The notes: generated from the letters alone by a model not told the origin. 64,000 nucleotides of DNA from an uncultured Bartonella sp. (GCA_946478665.1 CAMLCZ010000005.1:74281-138280), one strand, 5' to 3'; shown: positions 28,306-37,718, numbered from the stretch's first letter. Made by a program: numbers and translations.

Positions 28306-29060
28306 TCGAAATTGGTCATGTTTCCAAAAGTTACGATGAAAATATTATCATCGAGGATCTTTCCTTATCAATTCCCAAAGGTGGAATAGTTTCGATTATT
28401 GGTGCCAATGGCGCTGGAAAATCCACACTTCTAACAATGATAAGCCGCCTTATCCCCATTGATAGCGGTTTAATAACAGTTGATGGCATGGACGTAACCA
28501 AAACACCAGGAGAGGTATTTGCAAAGCGTTTATCCATCTTACGACAGGATAATAATCTAACTGCCAGATTAACAGTTGAGGATCTTGTCAGCTTTGGCCG
28601 CTACCCCTACTCGCATGGTCGGTTAAACAAAAATGATCGCCAATATATTGATAGTGCAATCCGCTATCTTGGGCTCGATGATTTCAGGACACGGTTTTTA
28701 GATGAATTATCCGGTGGACAAAGACAACGTGCCTTTGTCGCCATGGTTATTTGTCAGGATACCGATTATGTGCTTTTAGATGAACCATTAAACAATCTTG
28801 ATATGACACATTCCGTATCAATGATGAAACAGTTGCGCAAAGCTGCTGATGAGCTCGGTAAAACCATCGTTTTAGTGATGCATGATATCAATTTTGCATC
28901 ATGTTATTCCGACCTCATTGTTGCATTGAAAAATGGAAAACTGGTCTATGCGGCACCACCAGCTGAAATTATGAAACCAGATGTTCTTAAAGAAATTTAT
29001 GACATGGATATTAATGTCAAAGAGATCGACGGCAAGCAGATAGCCGTTTATTACATGTAG
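28302..29060 (+). CDS. Siderophore ABC transporter ATP-binding protein
   Basis: Walker A GANGAGKST, signature SGGQRQR and Walker B VLLDEP. 4-bp overlap with the permease gene. Confidence 0.9.
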   Translation: MIEIGHVSKSYDENIIIEDLSLSIPKGGIVSIIGANGAGKSTLLTMISRLIPIDSGLITVDGMDVTKTPGEVFAKRLSILRQDNNLTARLTVEDLVSFGRYPYSHGRLNKNDRQYIDSAIRYLGLDDFRTRFLDELSGGQRQRAFVAMVICQDTDYVLLDEPLNNLDMTHSVSMMKQLRKAADELGKTIVLVMHDINFASCYSDLIVALKNGKLVYAAPPAEIMKPDVLKEIYDMDINVKEIDGKQIAVYYM

Positions 29061-29422
29061 ATTAAAACAGTTGAGATAACTGCTTATAATCTGAGTTCAT
29101 AAACGAATATTCGCTTTGTAACCCCTAAGTGCCAACGCATAAAAGTAGATCTTAGCAAAAAACGATAAAGTAGATCTCAACATAAAAGGTTACAACATTT
29201 TATAGCGAGACCGCCCGCTTTGGTGATTGGGTTGAAATGAACTCCAACAAGCGCAGCCGCAAAATCCCTTTTAAATGAGAAGCACTCATTATGTACCGGT
29301 AGGATGCCCCAACAATCGACCAAGAGCGGTTTATTAACCGCGATGACGCGACATCTACCGATCAATGATGCAATATCTATGATCGATCGTGCGAAATCTA
29401 TCGATCGTTAGAGCGAAGATCA

Positions 29423-31102
29423 TTAACTGCCGGTAAAACGTGTTTCCAACAAGTCAACTTCTCTAATAAATTTGGTTGTTGCTTCCTCAGACAATTGGTG
29501 ACGACGCCCAAAAGCAAAATAAGTTTGCCGTTCTGCTTTCAATGCTTCTAAACGCAATTTGCGTTCAATTTCTGCAATATTACGAGCAATATCTGCATCG
29601 GCATCCGTAACATTTTGCGAAACCAAACGTTCACGATAAGTCGCCATAACCCGTGCTGCGGCGGTTGTATAAAGGTCGGCGTCGCTGCGCCCCTCACCCA
29701 AATTGTGCACTGCCTGCTCCACTGCTTTAATCGCAGCTTCGGCGGCAGCGATACGTGCGCGCTCTTCTTCCTTTTGATGCGAAGGTTCTGGCGGTAACTC
29801 CAAGCCTTTCAACAGATATGGCAATGAGACACTGGCCATAATAAGCGAGATCAAAATAACACCTGTTGCCAAGAATATTGCCAAATCACGCGCAGGAAAC
29901 GGCGTGCCGTCTGGTAAAAACAGTGGAAGCGTCAAGACACCTGCCAGCGTAACCGTTCCACGAACACCTGCCAATGAAGTTGCAGCAACCAAACGCCAGC
30001 TTGGGACAAATGGTGTTTGACCTTTTCTAGAGGCCTTGGCTAAGGTAAACCTCAGTGATACCCATACCCATATAAAACGTAGTGCTGCCAAAGCGATATT
30101 GATGGCAAGAACATAAACGATCAACCAGAGTGGGTCATGATGCCCAGTCTCCTGCACAACAACAGCAGCACTACTGATAATGTGAGGCAGCTGCTCACCA
30201 AGGATAACAAAAATAACACCATTGGCAACAAATTGCACCGTATCCCATACAGCTAACCGGCGAATGCGTGTTAATGCCAAATTTCGTAAACCATCTTCCG
30301 TATAGCTCATGGAAACACCAGCAGCCACAGCGGCTAGAATGCCAGATGCATCCACATGCTCAGCTGCAAGATAGGCGGCAAAAGGTATCAAGATGCTGAT
30401 AACAATGTGGGATCCAGTTTCCTCACCAAATTTGGTGTTCCAAAAATTGCTGATCCATGTGACACAGAACGTGGTTGCCGCACCAATAAAAAGGCCGGCA
30501 ACTGCTGTCCACAAAAATGTGCCAAATGCTGCCAATAGAGAAAAACTACCCGTCATTGCCGCTGCAACAGCAAAGCGCATACTGACCAAGCCTGACGCAT
30601 CGTTCAAAAGGGATTCCCCTTCCAAAATGTGCATAAGCCGTTTAGGGATTGGAACACGTTTGGCAATTGCCGATACGGCGACAGGGTCTGTTGGGGAAAC
30701 GATGGCGGCAAGCGCAAACGCAACAGCCAACGGCATGGTCGGAATGATCCAATAGGTAAAAAAGCCAACACCCAACACGGTGAAAACAACAAGTCCAAGC
30801 GCCATTTCCAACACGGTCCAGCGATCGCGCTTCAACCCGTCTTTTGGTATGCGCCAGCCATCAAGAAATAGTAATGGTGGCAAGAATAATAGGAAAAAAA
30901 GTTCTGGACGAAGTTTAACACCCATATCGCCTGCTGAAGAGACAACAACCCCCACTGCAATCTGAATAAGAGGAAGTGGAATAGGAAGCGGTAGAGCCCG
31001 CGAAATTGCCCCACTTATGATCACAGCGACCAGCAAGATCAATATGACAACGACGGATTCCACTTCTGATAACACCTTTCCATTAGACTGCTTTGACCAC
31101 AT
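29423..31102 (-). CDS. Na+/H+ antiporter (CPA1 family) with cytoplasmic C-terminal helical domain
   Basis: 559 aa with about 12 TM helices. Motifs SPTDPVAV and EGESLLNDA are typical of CPA1 exchangers. Confidence 0.85.
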   Translation of the reverse strand: MWSKQSNGKVLSEVESVVVILILLVAVIISGAISRALPLPIPLPLIQIAVGVVVSSAGDMGVKLRPELFFLLFLPPLLFLDGWRIPKDGLKRDRWTVLEMALGLVVFTVLGVGFFTYWIIPTMPLAVAFALAAIVSPTDPVAVSAIAKRVPIPKRLMHILEGESLLNDASGLVSMRFAVAAAMTGSFSLLAAFGTFLWTAVAGLFIGAATTFCVTWISNFWNTKFGEETGSHIVISILIPFAAYLAAEHVDASGILAAVAAGVSMSYTEDGLRNLALTRIRRLAVWDTVQFVANGVIFVILGEQLPHIISSAAVVVQETGHHDPLWLIVYVLAINIALAALRFIWVWVSLRFTLAKASRKGQTPFVPSWRLVAATSLAGVRGTVTLAGVLTLPLFLPDGTPFPARDLAIFLATGVILISLIMASVSLPYLLKGLELPPEPSHQKEEERARIAAAEAAIKAVEQAVHNLGEGRSDADLYTTAAARVMATYRERLVSQNVTDADADIARNIAEIERKLRLEALKAERQTYFAFGRRHQLSEEATTKFIREVDLLETRFTGS

Positions 31103-32105
31103 TAAAACCGCGAACAGTTTCTATAAGATAAATAATATTCAAATAGCTTTAATTTTCACACTGTTTATAAGTGTCATGGTGTAAAAAAATGGTAATAAAT
31201 AGGCAGTTTTATCGACTTTAACGCTAAAAAATAAAAAGTCTGGAAAAATATTTCTCATTTTTTGAAAAGTGGCTACGATATTCACTAAAGTGGCCTGTAT
31301 TATAGAATCAAAATCATAAGCCTTTAAATTTGACCGGTCTTAAAGTGATTCAATAAAAATGGCTGGATAGTTTATACAAAAAATGATCGCTTAACCGAAT
31401 AAAACTTGTTCTCTTAAATAATAAATTTTTACCCTTTAATTAGGGGGATGTACGGGCAGGCTCTAATATGATTTGTGAAAAGTAGCCCTAAAATATAATC
31501 CATCGTTTATATGGTTTTACGACATAGGTTTATAAGGTTTTATGACATAGTAAGAACAGATTTTTGAAATCAGCGTTTGGCGATTGATGCAGGTTAGTGG
31601 GCACGGCAATCCACTGGTGAAATAGCAACACCGTGATAATTTTTATCAAGGCAATTTGTATTGTTAGGGGTTAGACATATTCTATTATCAAGCGTTTGAC
31701 ATATTTTATCGTCAAGCTTTCGAAAAGTTTTCTCGTCGAACTTTTGACGTAGGGCAATAGTCCCATTATGATTCTCGGCATCGTTACTAATGATTTTTAT
31801 CTGCTAATTGCGACATAGCCGGACAGTCAGTTTGGAGAAGATTTTGTCTTTGTCTCATGACTTTTCGCTTAAAAAAATTGCCTGAAGCGTATTAGTCGAC
31901 TGAAAAAACAGCTATATATCATTTGATACCGTTAGGTTTATTCGCGTACTTTATTCAATCGGATTTTCTAATCTATTGTTGTAAATAAGCGTGAGCATAG
32001 GGTTATGTTTCACTAGACATCCGCTTTATGATCGTGGATAATTGAACCACACTTGGATATCTAACTTGCTTGCACAAAGTCTTTTCCTTTGAATAATAAG
32101 AAAAA

Positions 32106-33038
32106 ATGATCAATAGAAGAAACTTTTTAAAAACAACACTTGCTGTTGGTACCAGTACGATTTTGCCCTCATTTGCTTGGGCAGAGCAGAATTTTACAAG
32201 AGTAGCCTTATGGAAAGAAACACCACCTGGTGGTGGTGGTCCCAAAGGTGCAATGCATATTAACCCATGGGGTAGCGTACGCAATATTGTTACCCCGATG
32301 ATAGATCTTTATCTACCAACAGGTACTCCCAAAGCTGCAATGCTTGTCGCAGCTGGTGGCGGTTACACACAAATTTCGATTAAAAGAGAAGCTGTTACTG
32401 CTGCCAATTGGCTGACAGCACGCGGTATTGCGGCGGCAGTCCTTTATTATCGCTTACCAAAAGAAAATTGGAATGCTGGTGCACTTGCACCATTGCAAGA
32501 TGCGCAACGTGCATTGCGTATGCTAAATAGTGGTAAGCTGGTACCTGGTATCGCAAAGAAGCGCATTGGTGTGCTGGGGTTTTCGGCAGGTGGTCACCTC
32601 ATGGCAATGGCATCAGTCTGTCCAACATTTAAATCCTATCCGGCAGAAGATGCAATTGACAATATTGTCCCTCAAGCCGCATTCAGCGCATTGGCTTATC
32701 CAGTTATTACCGTTGAGCCCCCTTATGATAATACGTCCACAAAAAAAGTGCTTGTAGGCAAAACGCCAACACCACAACAAAGTGCATTTTGGTCTGTTCA
32801 AACGCATGTGACAAAAAGTTGCCCGCCAACCTTTCTTGTACACGCACTCAACGATCCAATATCAAACCAACAAAATACTGCGATTATGGAAGCTGCCTGT
32901 AAAAAAGTAGGCGTGCCAGTGGAACGCCATGTTTTTCCGTCTGGTGGCCATGGCTTTAGCATGGGGCAACCAAACTCACCAACAGCCAACTGGCCGTTAT
33001 TGTTGGAAAAGTGGCTTAAAACTCATAGCATTATATAA
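32106..33038 (+). CDS. Tat-exported alpha/beta hydrolase (esterase/lipase, HSL-like)
   Basis: Twin-arginine signal MINRRNFLKTTLAVGTSTILPSFAWA, nucleophile motif GFSAGGH and a C-terminal GGHGF. Confidence 0.75.
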   Translation: MINRRNFLKTTLAVGTSTILPSFAWAEQNFTRVALWKETPPGGGGPKGAMHINPWGSVRNIVTPMIDLYLPTGTPKAAMLVAAGGGYTQISIKREAVTAANWLTARGIAAAVLYYRLPKENWNAGALAPLQDAQRALRMLNSGKLVPGIAKKRIGVLGFSAGGHLMAMASVCPTFKSYPAEDAIDNIVPQAAFSALAYPVITVEPPYDNTSTKKVLVGKTPTPQQSAFWSVQTHVTKSCPPTFLVHALNDPISNQQNTAIMEAACKKVGVPVERHVFPSGGHGFSMGQPNSPTANWPLLLEKWLKTHSII

Positions 33039-33236
33039 TGCTATGATGAGATATTGGATATTTCCATAGATCATCTGAAGTGAAGCATAATGAGGCGCAT
33101 TGTTGCGCAATAAAATTATCTGCCTTAGGCAAATAAAACAAACGCCTTAATAAGGATAATTTTCGTTTTTAAAGAAACAAAACAATTAAGAAGCTTGCAG
33201 GGAAAAAACTTCAAAACGTTGTGGTTTTGGTAGTAC

Positions 33237-33313
33237 TGGTCGGAGTGAAAGGATTTGAACCTTCGACCCCCTCGTCCCGAACGAGGTGCGCTACCAGTCT
33301 GCGCTACACTCCG
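33237..33313 (-). tRNA. tRNA-Pro (anticodon CGG), encoded CCA
   Basis: The reverse complement is CGGAGTGTAGCGCAGACTGGTAGCGCACCTCGTTCGGGACGAGGGGGTCGAAGGTTCAAATCCTTTCACTCCGACCA. It folds by hand into a cloverleaf with anticodon loop TTCGGGA. Confidence 0.9.
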
Positions 33314-33466
33314 ATAATTTAATGGCTGGTTTATACAATTGCGCCAATACCATCGCAAGTGTTTTTTGTAAAAAACACTTTTCGTATTTCATTGGTAAAG
33401 TTAAACCTTGAAAAGCGTCCATAACAAATCTATCCATCGTAAGATGAAGAGTTTAGGAATAGACAT

Positions 33467-35728
33467 ATGACTGAAAAAATTATCAGTTTTATTATGAGTG
33501 GCGGTGTTGGTACGCGCCTCTGGCCTCTATCAAGAGAAGACTTTCCTAAGCAATTCCATGACTTGTCTGGCAAGGGGTCAATGGTATCGCGCACAGTAAA
33601 GCGTTTAAATTCACGTCACAATGTCGCTGATCCCATTTATCTTATTTCGTCGGAAAACCATGAATATCGGTTACGTCAGGATATAGCAGGATTGCCGCTT
33701 AATGGTGGTTGTCCAGTTTTTGAACCAATTGGCCGCAACACGGCCGCTGCAGTTGCCTTAGCAACACAAATTACACTCGCCGACTATGGTGACGCACTTA
33801 TATTGGTGGTTCCATCAGACCATGAAATTTCAACAGACACAGATTTTTGGAATACTGTTGAAGCAGGCATGGCAGCCGCTCGTGCCGGGCGCATTGTGGT
33901 ATTTGGAGTTCCGCCAACAAAACCCGAAACGGGTTATGGCTATGTTGAAATAGGCCAACAGAACAATGATGTTTATGACGTTATCCGCTTCGTTGAAAAA
34001 CCGGACACAAAAACAGCCGTAAAATATCTCGAATCCGGTCGGTTTCTATGGAACTCTGGCATTTTTCTGTTTTCAGCCTCGACAATGGAAAAGGCATTTA
34101 AGACATTTCAACCTGAAATATGGGACAAAACACACGCGGCGCTTAATACCGCTCATACAGATGTTTCCGGCAAGTGGCTGGACTATGATCTCTATTCGGC
34201 AATTCCATCCAATTCTGTCGATTATGCAATTATGGAGCATATTAAGGATATTGCTCTTGTTCCCGCGCGGTTTCATTGGAACGATCTAGGCTCGTGGCAA
34301 TCATTGCTAGATCAACAATCCAGTTTGACACCTGCCGATAAAGACGGCAACGTCATTATGGGTGATGTTGTCGCCATAAATTGCAAAGGCAGCTATCTAC
34401 GCTCAGAAACGGGCTTGCTTTCTGCCGTAGGGTTGAACAACATGGCTGTTGTCGCAACGACAGATGCAACCTTTGTTGCACCCGTCAAAGAAAGCCAGAA
34501 TGTCCGCGAGGTTGTTGCCACACTGGAAAAAGCGGGTCGGCTGGAAACCAAATTTACACCGGCCGCCGACAAGATACCGCGCAGTGGCGCCTATCTTACC
34601 CGTGTTGAACATTGGTTGTTTTCTGAAGCCTTGCCATTATGGTCAACGCGTGGCGTTGACGATCAAGGAGGGTTTTATGAGGCCTTGAAATTCGATGCCA
34701 TGCCCGTATTGCGTCATAAGCGTATGCGCACAATGGCAAGGCAGATCTATGCCTTTGCCATGGCCGGAGAAATGGGGTGGGATGGTCCTTATACCGATCT
34801 GATAGATCATGGTTTGCATTTCATCACCCGTTCAGGGCGGACTGATAATGGTGGTTGGGCTTCAGTTCTTGGGCGCGATGGCTCTATCATTGATAAAACA
34901 GAAGATTGTTACGATCAGGCTTGTGTGTTGCTTGCTTTGGCGCACGCCCACCGCATAGGCAATAAACAGGCGCTTCCATTGGCGATTGAAACATTTGCTT
35001 TTCTTGACAATTATTTGGCAGATAAACATGGCAGAGGTTTTATAGAAAGCACCCAAACGGATCCGACATATCGTTACCGCCGTTCCAATCCGCATATGCA
35101 TCTATTGGAAAGCTTTTTGGCATGGTACGATGTCACTGGCGACAAAGACTATCTGCAACGCGCCTCCCATATTGTCGAATTATTCAAACAACATTTTTTT
35201 GATGACGATACATGGACCCTTGCGGAATATTATGAAACCGATTGGCAAAGAGCCAAAACCGCTGAGGGAGATATTTGTGAACCTGGCCATCATTTTGAAT
35301 GGTCATCTCTGCTTATTGATTTTTCTAACAAAACAAATGACAGAAGTGTCATAAAACTAGCCAAAAAACTATATGCATCAACCATTGCCAATGGTTTAAA
35401 TAGGGCAACTGGTCTTGCTTATAATACAATATCAAGGCATGGTTTGCCGATAAATACCAATTCCAGAAGTTGGCCACAAACAGAAGCAATTAAAGCCGCT
35501 TTGGCACTTGATGGCAATGATGGTCCTGACTTAAAACCCGAAATTGAAGCACGTGTCGGCAGGCTCTTTCGCTGGCATATCGAAGCAGCCCCAAAAGGTT
35601 TATGGATTGATCTTATTTCGGAAAATGGCCGTGCTATTGCTGAAGATGTTCCAGCATCAATATTTTATCATATGATAACGGCACTTACCCAATATTGGAA
35701 ATTTGCCCAGCAATGCAAAAATAAATAG
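33467..35728 (+). CDS. Fusion protein: mannose-1-phosphate guanylyltransferase (ManC-like NTP-transferase) + AGE-superfamily epimerase/isomerase domain
   Basis: N-terminus FIMSGGVGTRLWPLSREDFPKQF is a ManC/GMP signature. The C-terminal roughly 390 aa carries AGE-like motifs (RMRTMARQIYAFA, YDQACVLLALAHA, SNPHMHLLESF, EPGHHFEWSSLL). Confidence 0.8.
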   Translation: MTEKIISFIMSGGVGTRLWPLSREDFPKQFHDLSGKGSMVSRTVKRLNSRHNVADPIYLISSENHEYRLRQDIAGLPLNGGCPVFEPIGRNTAAAVALATQITLADYGDALILVVPSDHEISTDTDFWNTVEAGMAAARAGRIVVFGVPPTKPETGYGYVEIGQQNNDVYDVIRFVEKPDTKTAVKYLESGRFLWNSGIFLFSASTMEKAFKTFQPEIWDKTHAALNTAHTDVSGKWLDYDLYSAIPSNSVDYAIMEHIKDIALVPARFHWNDLGSWQSLLDQQSSLTPADKDGNVIMGDVVAINCKGSYLRSETGLLSAVGLNNMAVVATTDATFVAPVKESQNVREVVATLEKAGRLETKFTPAADKIPRSGAYLTRVEHWLFSEALPLWSTRGVDDQGGFYEALKFDAMPVLRHKRMRTMARQIYAFAMAGEMGWDGPYTDLIDHGLHFITRSGRTDNGGWASVLGRDGSIIDKTEDCYDQACVLLALAHAHRIGNKQALPLAIETFAFLDNYLADKHGRGFIESTQTDPTYRYRRSNPHMHLLESFLAWYDVTGDKDYLQRASHIVELFKQHFFDDDTWTLAEYYETDWQRAKTAEGDICEPGHHFEWSSLLIDFSNKTNDRSVIKLAKKLYASTIANGLNRATGLAYNTISRHGLPINTNSRSWPQTEAIKAALALDGNDGPDLKPEIEARVGRLFRWHIEAAPKGLWIDLISENGRAIAEDVPASIFYHMITALTQYWKFAQQCKNK

Positions 35729-35898
35729 CAATGTAAAAATATATAGTCGGGCAAAGCAAATAGGAGGATAGGTTCATGTCCTCATAGGCTTATGCTTCAA
35801 ACTCGATAAAAGGCAATTGGTCTTGAATTTTGAAGACTGATGCAAGCGATCGCTAATTTATCAATTTGATGTTTCTAATCTTACAATCCGTCATGCAT

Positions 35899-35931
35899 AA
35901 AAAATGCCTGCATCTTTGTCATACAGGCATT
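35899..35931 (-). terminator. Hairpin terminator downstream of the proline-rich protein gene (also follows the convergent manC-fusion gene)
   Basis: aatgcctg-(13 nt)-caggcatt is an 8-bp stem, followed by a T6 run when read on the minus strand. Confidence 0.55.
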
Positions 35932-35955
35932 TAATTTCAACAAAATCACATACTT

Positions 35956-36246
35956 TTAACGCCAGTAACGATAATATCTCGGTTGTGGGCGATGATGCCA
36001 GTAGCGTGGATCATGAAAGGGTCTATAACGCGGTGGCGGTGGTGGTGGTGGACCACGGAAATGATGTCTTGGACCACGATAATCAGGTCTCGGAGGTGGC
36101 ATCGGCCTATCTCTACGGTGATGATAGTACCGATCGTGACCAGAACTTAATATTACACCGGGATAAGGCTCAGCATTTGCTGAAAGAGCACCACAGAGAG
36201 GAATGAATAGTGCAAGGCTTACAAAAAAAGCTAACAATTTTTTCAT
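35956..36246 (-). CDS. Small secreted Pro/Arg/His/Tyr-rich protein (hypothetical)
   Basis: 96 aa with a clear Sec signal peptide (MKKLLAFFVSLALFIPLCGALSANA). The mature 71 aa is low-complexity (PPPPPPPRYRPFHDPRYWHHRPQPRYYRYWR). An AAGGA lies 10 nt upstream of the ATG, and a terminator lies downstream. Confidence 0.55.
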   Translation of the reverse strand: MKKLLAFFVSLALFIPLCGALSANAEPYPGVILSSGHDRYYHHRRDRPMPPPRPDYRGPRHHFRGPPPPPPPRYRPFHDPRYWHHRPQPRYYRYWR

Positions 36247-36479
36247 AACAGAAATATCCTTCTCTTAATGAGCCCATTTTACCTTTTGATAAATGAACTC
36301 TTCCTGAATAACCTGTTTATTTTCCGTTCATATTCAATTTTATAAACACTATAATAAATTGGCTAACAGGCAGATATTTACATATTTATCCCGTTTGGTC
36401 GCTATATTCAATGACAATATATATACTTAAATCCCTATATAGGCTTAATGGCGTATATAGGCTCAAAAAAAGTTCAATA

Positions 36480-37718
36480 TCATTCAAATCCATCAAGTTT
36501 TAATAAACGTTCCAGCGTTTTCGTCTCGACATTCATTTCCATAATATCATTTTTTAAAAGATTAGAATGTTCTACGGCAAAGGCAGCCTCAAGCTTTTTC
36601 AAAATAGCAAGATTTTGTTCATTAATCTCTATAACCGCCTCATCATTCGGTTTCTGGTCAAGAAAGGCAATATGTTTCTGTCCAATCGTGATAATAATTG
36701 GCAAATAGCGATTAAGAAAACGCGAACCACGAGCAACGTCATTGGGATCGGAGCTCATACAATTGATAATTCTATCAGCCAATACGCTTAAACTATTAAA
36801 GAGATCAGCATAGTCTTTTGGGAGCTGTTCAGCCAATTCGTTGATGATAGATACGTTATTTCTAAAAACTTGATTGTCAAAACCACTAGCGGAAATTGCT
36901 GTTCCACTCTGGTTAACCGATATTGCATCGAACTTAGCGTTCTGTTGGAATAATCCATAAATCTCGTCGATGGCTGCGCCTATTCTACGCGCGTTAAATT
37001 CGAAATCTTGAGCAACCGTAATTGTTTTTATTTGGCCTGATGCTCTTAAAAGGTCTTCCACCATAAAAGAAATATCGAAAAAAGGGCGTAATTCAGATGA
37101 ACCAAAACGCGTGACTTTGAGTTTTTTCGCTTGTTCATCCATATCTCGCAGTAATGTTTGTTGTTTTTGGAACGTGTCCTGTCCAAAACTTCTCAATACG
37201 TCGGATATTTTTTCCAAATCCTGTGAAATGGAGTTAAAAACCCTCAAATGGAGAAAGCTGGGAGCGTATAAAGCCGCAGCGATAAAAACAGGGATAATAC
37301 TCAGTGATGCAAAGTAAGCATCGCTATCCAGTTCCGCAAAAAAACAAAGGATTAACATTACCAAAGCAATCCATTCTGTTTTTGCAACCACTTTACGTCG
37401 GTAACAACGCAGAAAAACTCGTTCATAAAGTGTGACAAGCCAAGCTAAAACGCCTCCTATCAGAAGAGCAGAGAAAAAATTAGCCCCTAATAATGTTGCA
37501 ATGGCAACTTCGATAAGCCCAAATATTGCGGGAATCCACCCACCAAATCGATTATTCAACTGCCGACCAAAAATACAAATGAGCCCAATATAGCCCATGA
37601 GCTGGTAGTCATCTTTACCAGTGTTTTCACCGTATAAATTCGATGCAATAATTGAAGACACCGTCAGACATATGAAGTGAACAATGATACGGTAAAACAG
37701 CGAGCGATTGATTTTCAC
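36480..37718 (-). CDS. Multi-TM membrane protein with long cytoplasmic helical C-terminal domain; TelA partner (XpaC/KlaC-like by architecture, unverified)
   Basis: 412 aa with about 5-6 hydrophobic helices in the first roughly 160 aa, then a soluble helical region. The C-terminal stretch (FLNRYLPIIITIG...LKKLEAAFAVEHSNLLKNDIMEMNVETKTLERLL) reminded me of XpaC-family proteins. It starts 30 bp after the telA stop. Confidence 0.6.
   Translation of the reverse strand: MKINRSLFYRIIVHFICLTVSSIIASNLYGENTGKDDYQLMGYIGLICIFGRQLNNRFGGWIPAIFGLIEVAIATLLGANFFSALLIGGVLAWLVTLYERVFLRCYRRKVVAKTEWIALVMLILCFFAELDSDAYFASLSIIPVFIAAALYAPSFLHLRVFNSISQDLEKISDVLRSFGQDTFQKQQTLLRDMDEQAKKLKVTRFGSSELRPFFDISFMVEDLLRASGQIKTITVAQDFEFNARRIGAAIDEIYGLFQQNAKFDAISVNQSGTAISASGFDNQVFRNNVSIINELAEQLPKDYADLFNSLSVLADRIINCMSSDPNDVARGSRFLNRYLPIIITIGQKHIAFLDQKPNDEAVIEINEQNLAILKKLEAAFAVEHSNLLKNDIMEMNVETKTLERLLKLDGFE

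Noticed and set aside
35904-36206. 100-aa plus-strand ORF overlapping the proline-rich protein gene
   Set aside because: It is antisense to the minus-strand ORF, which has a signal peptide, RBS and terminator. The plus-strand product (Asp/Val/His-rich) lacks any start context or export signal.
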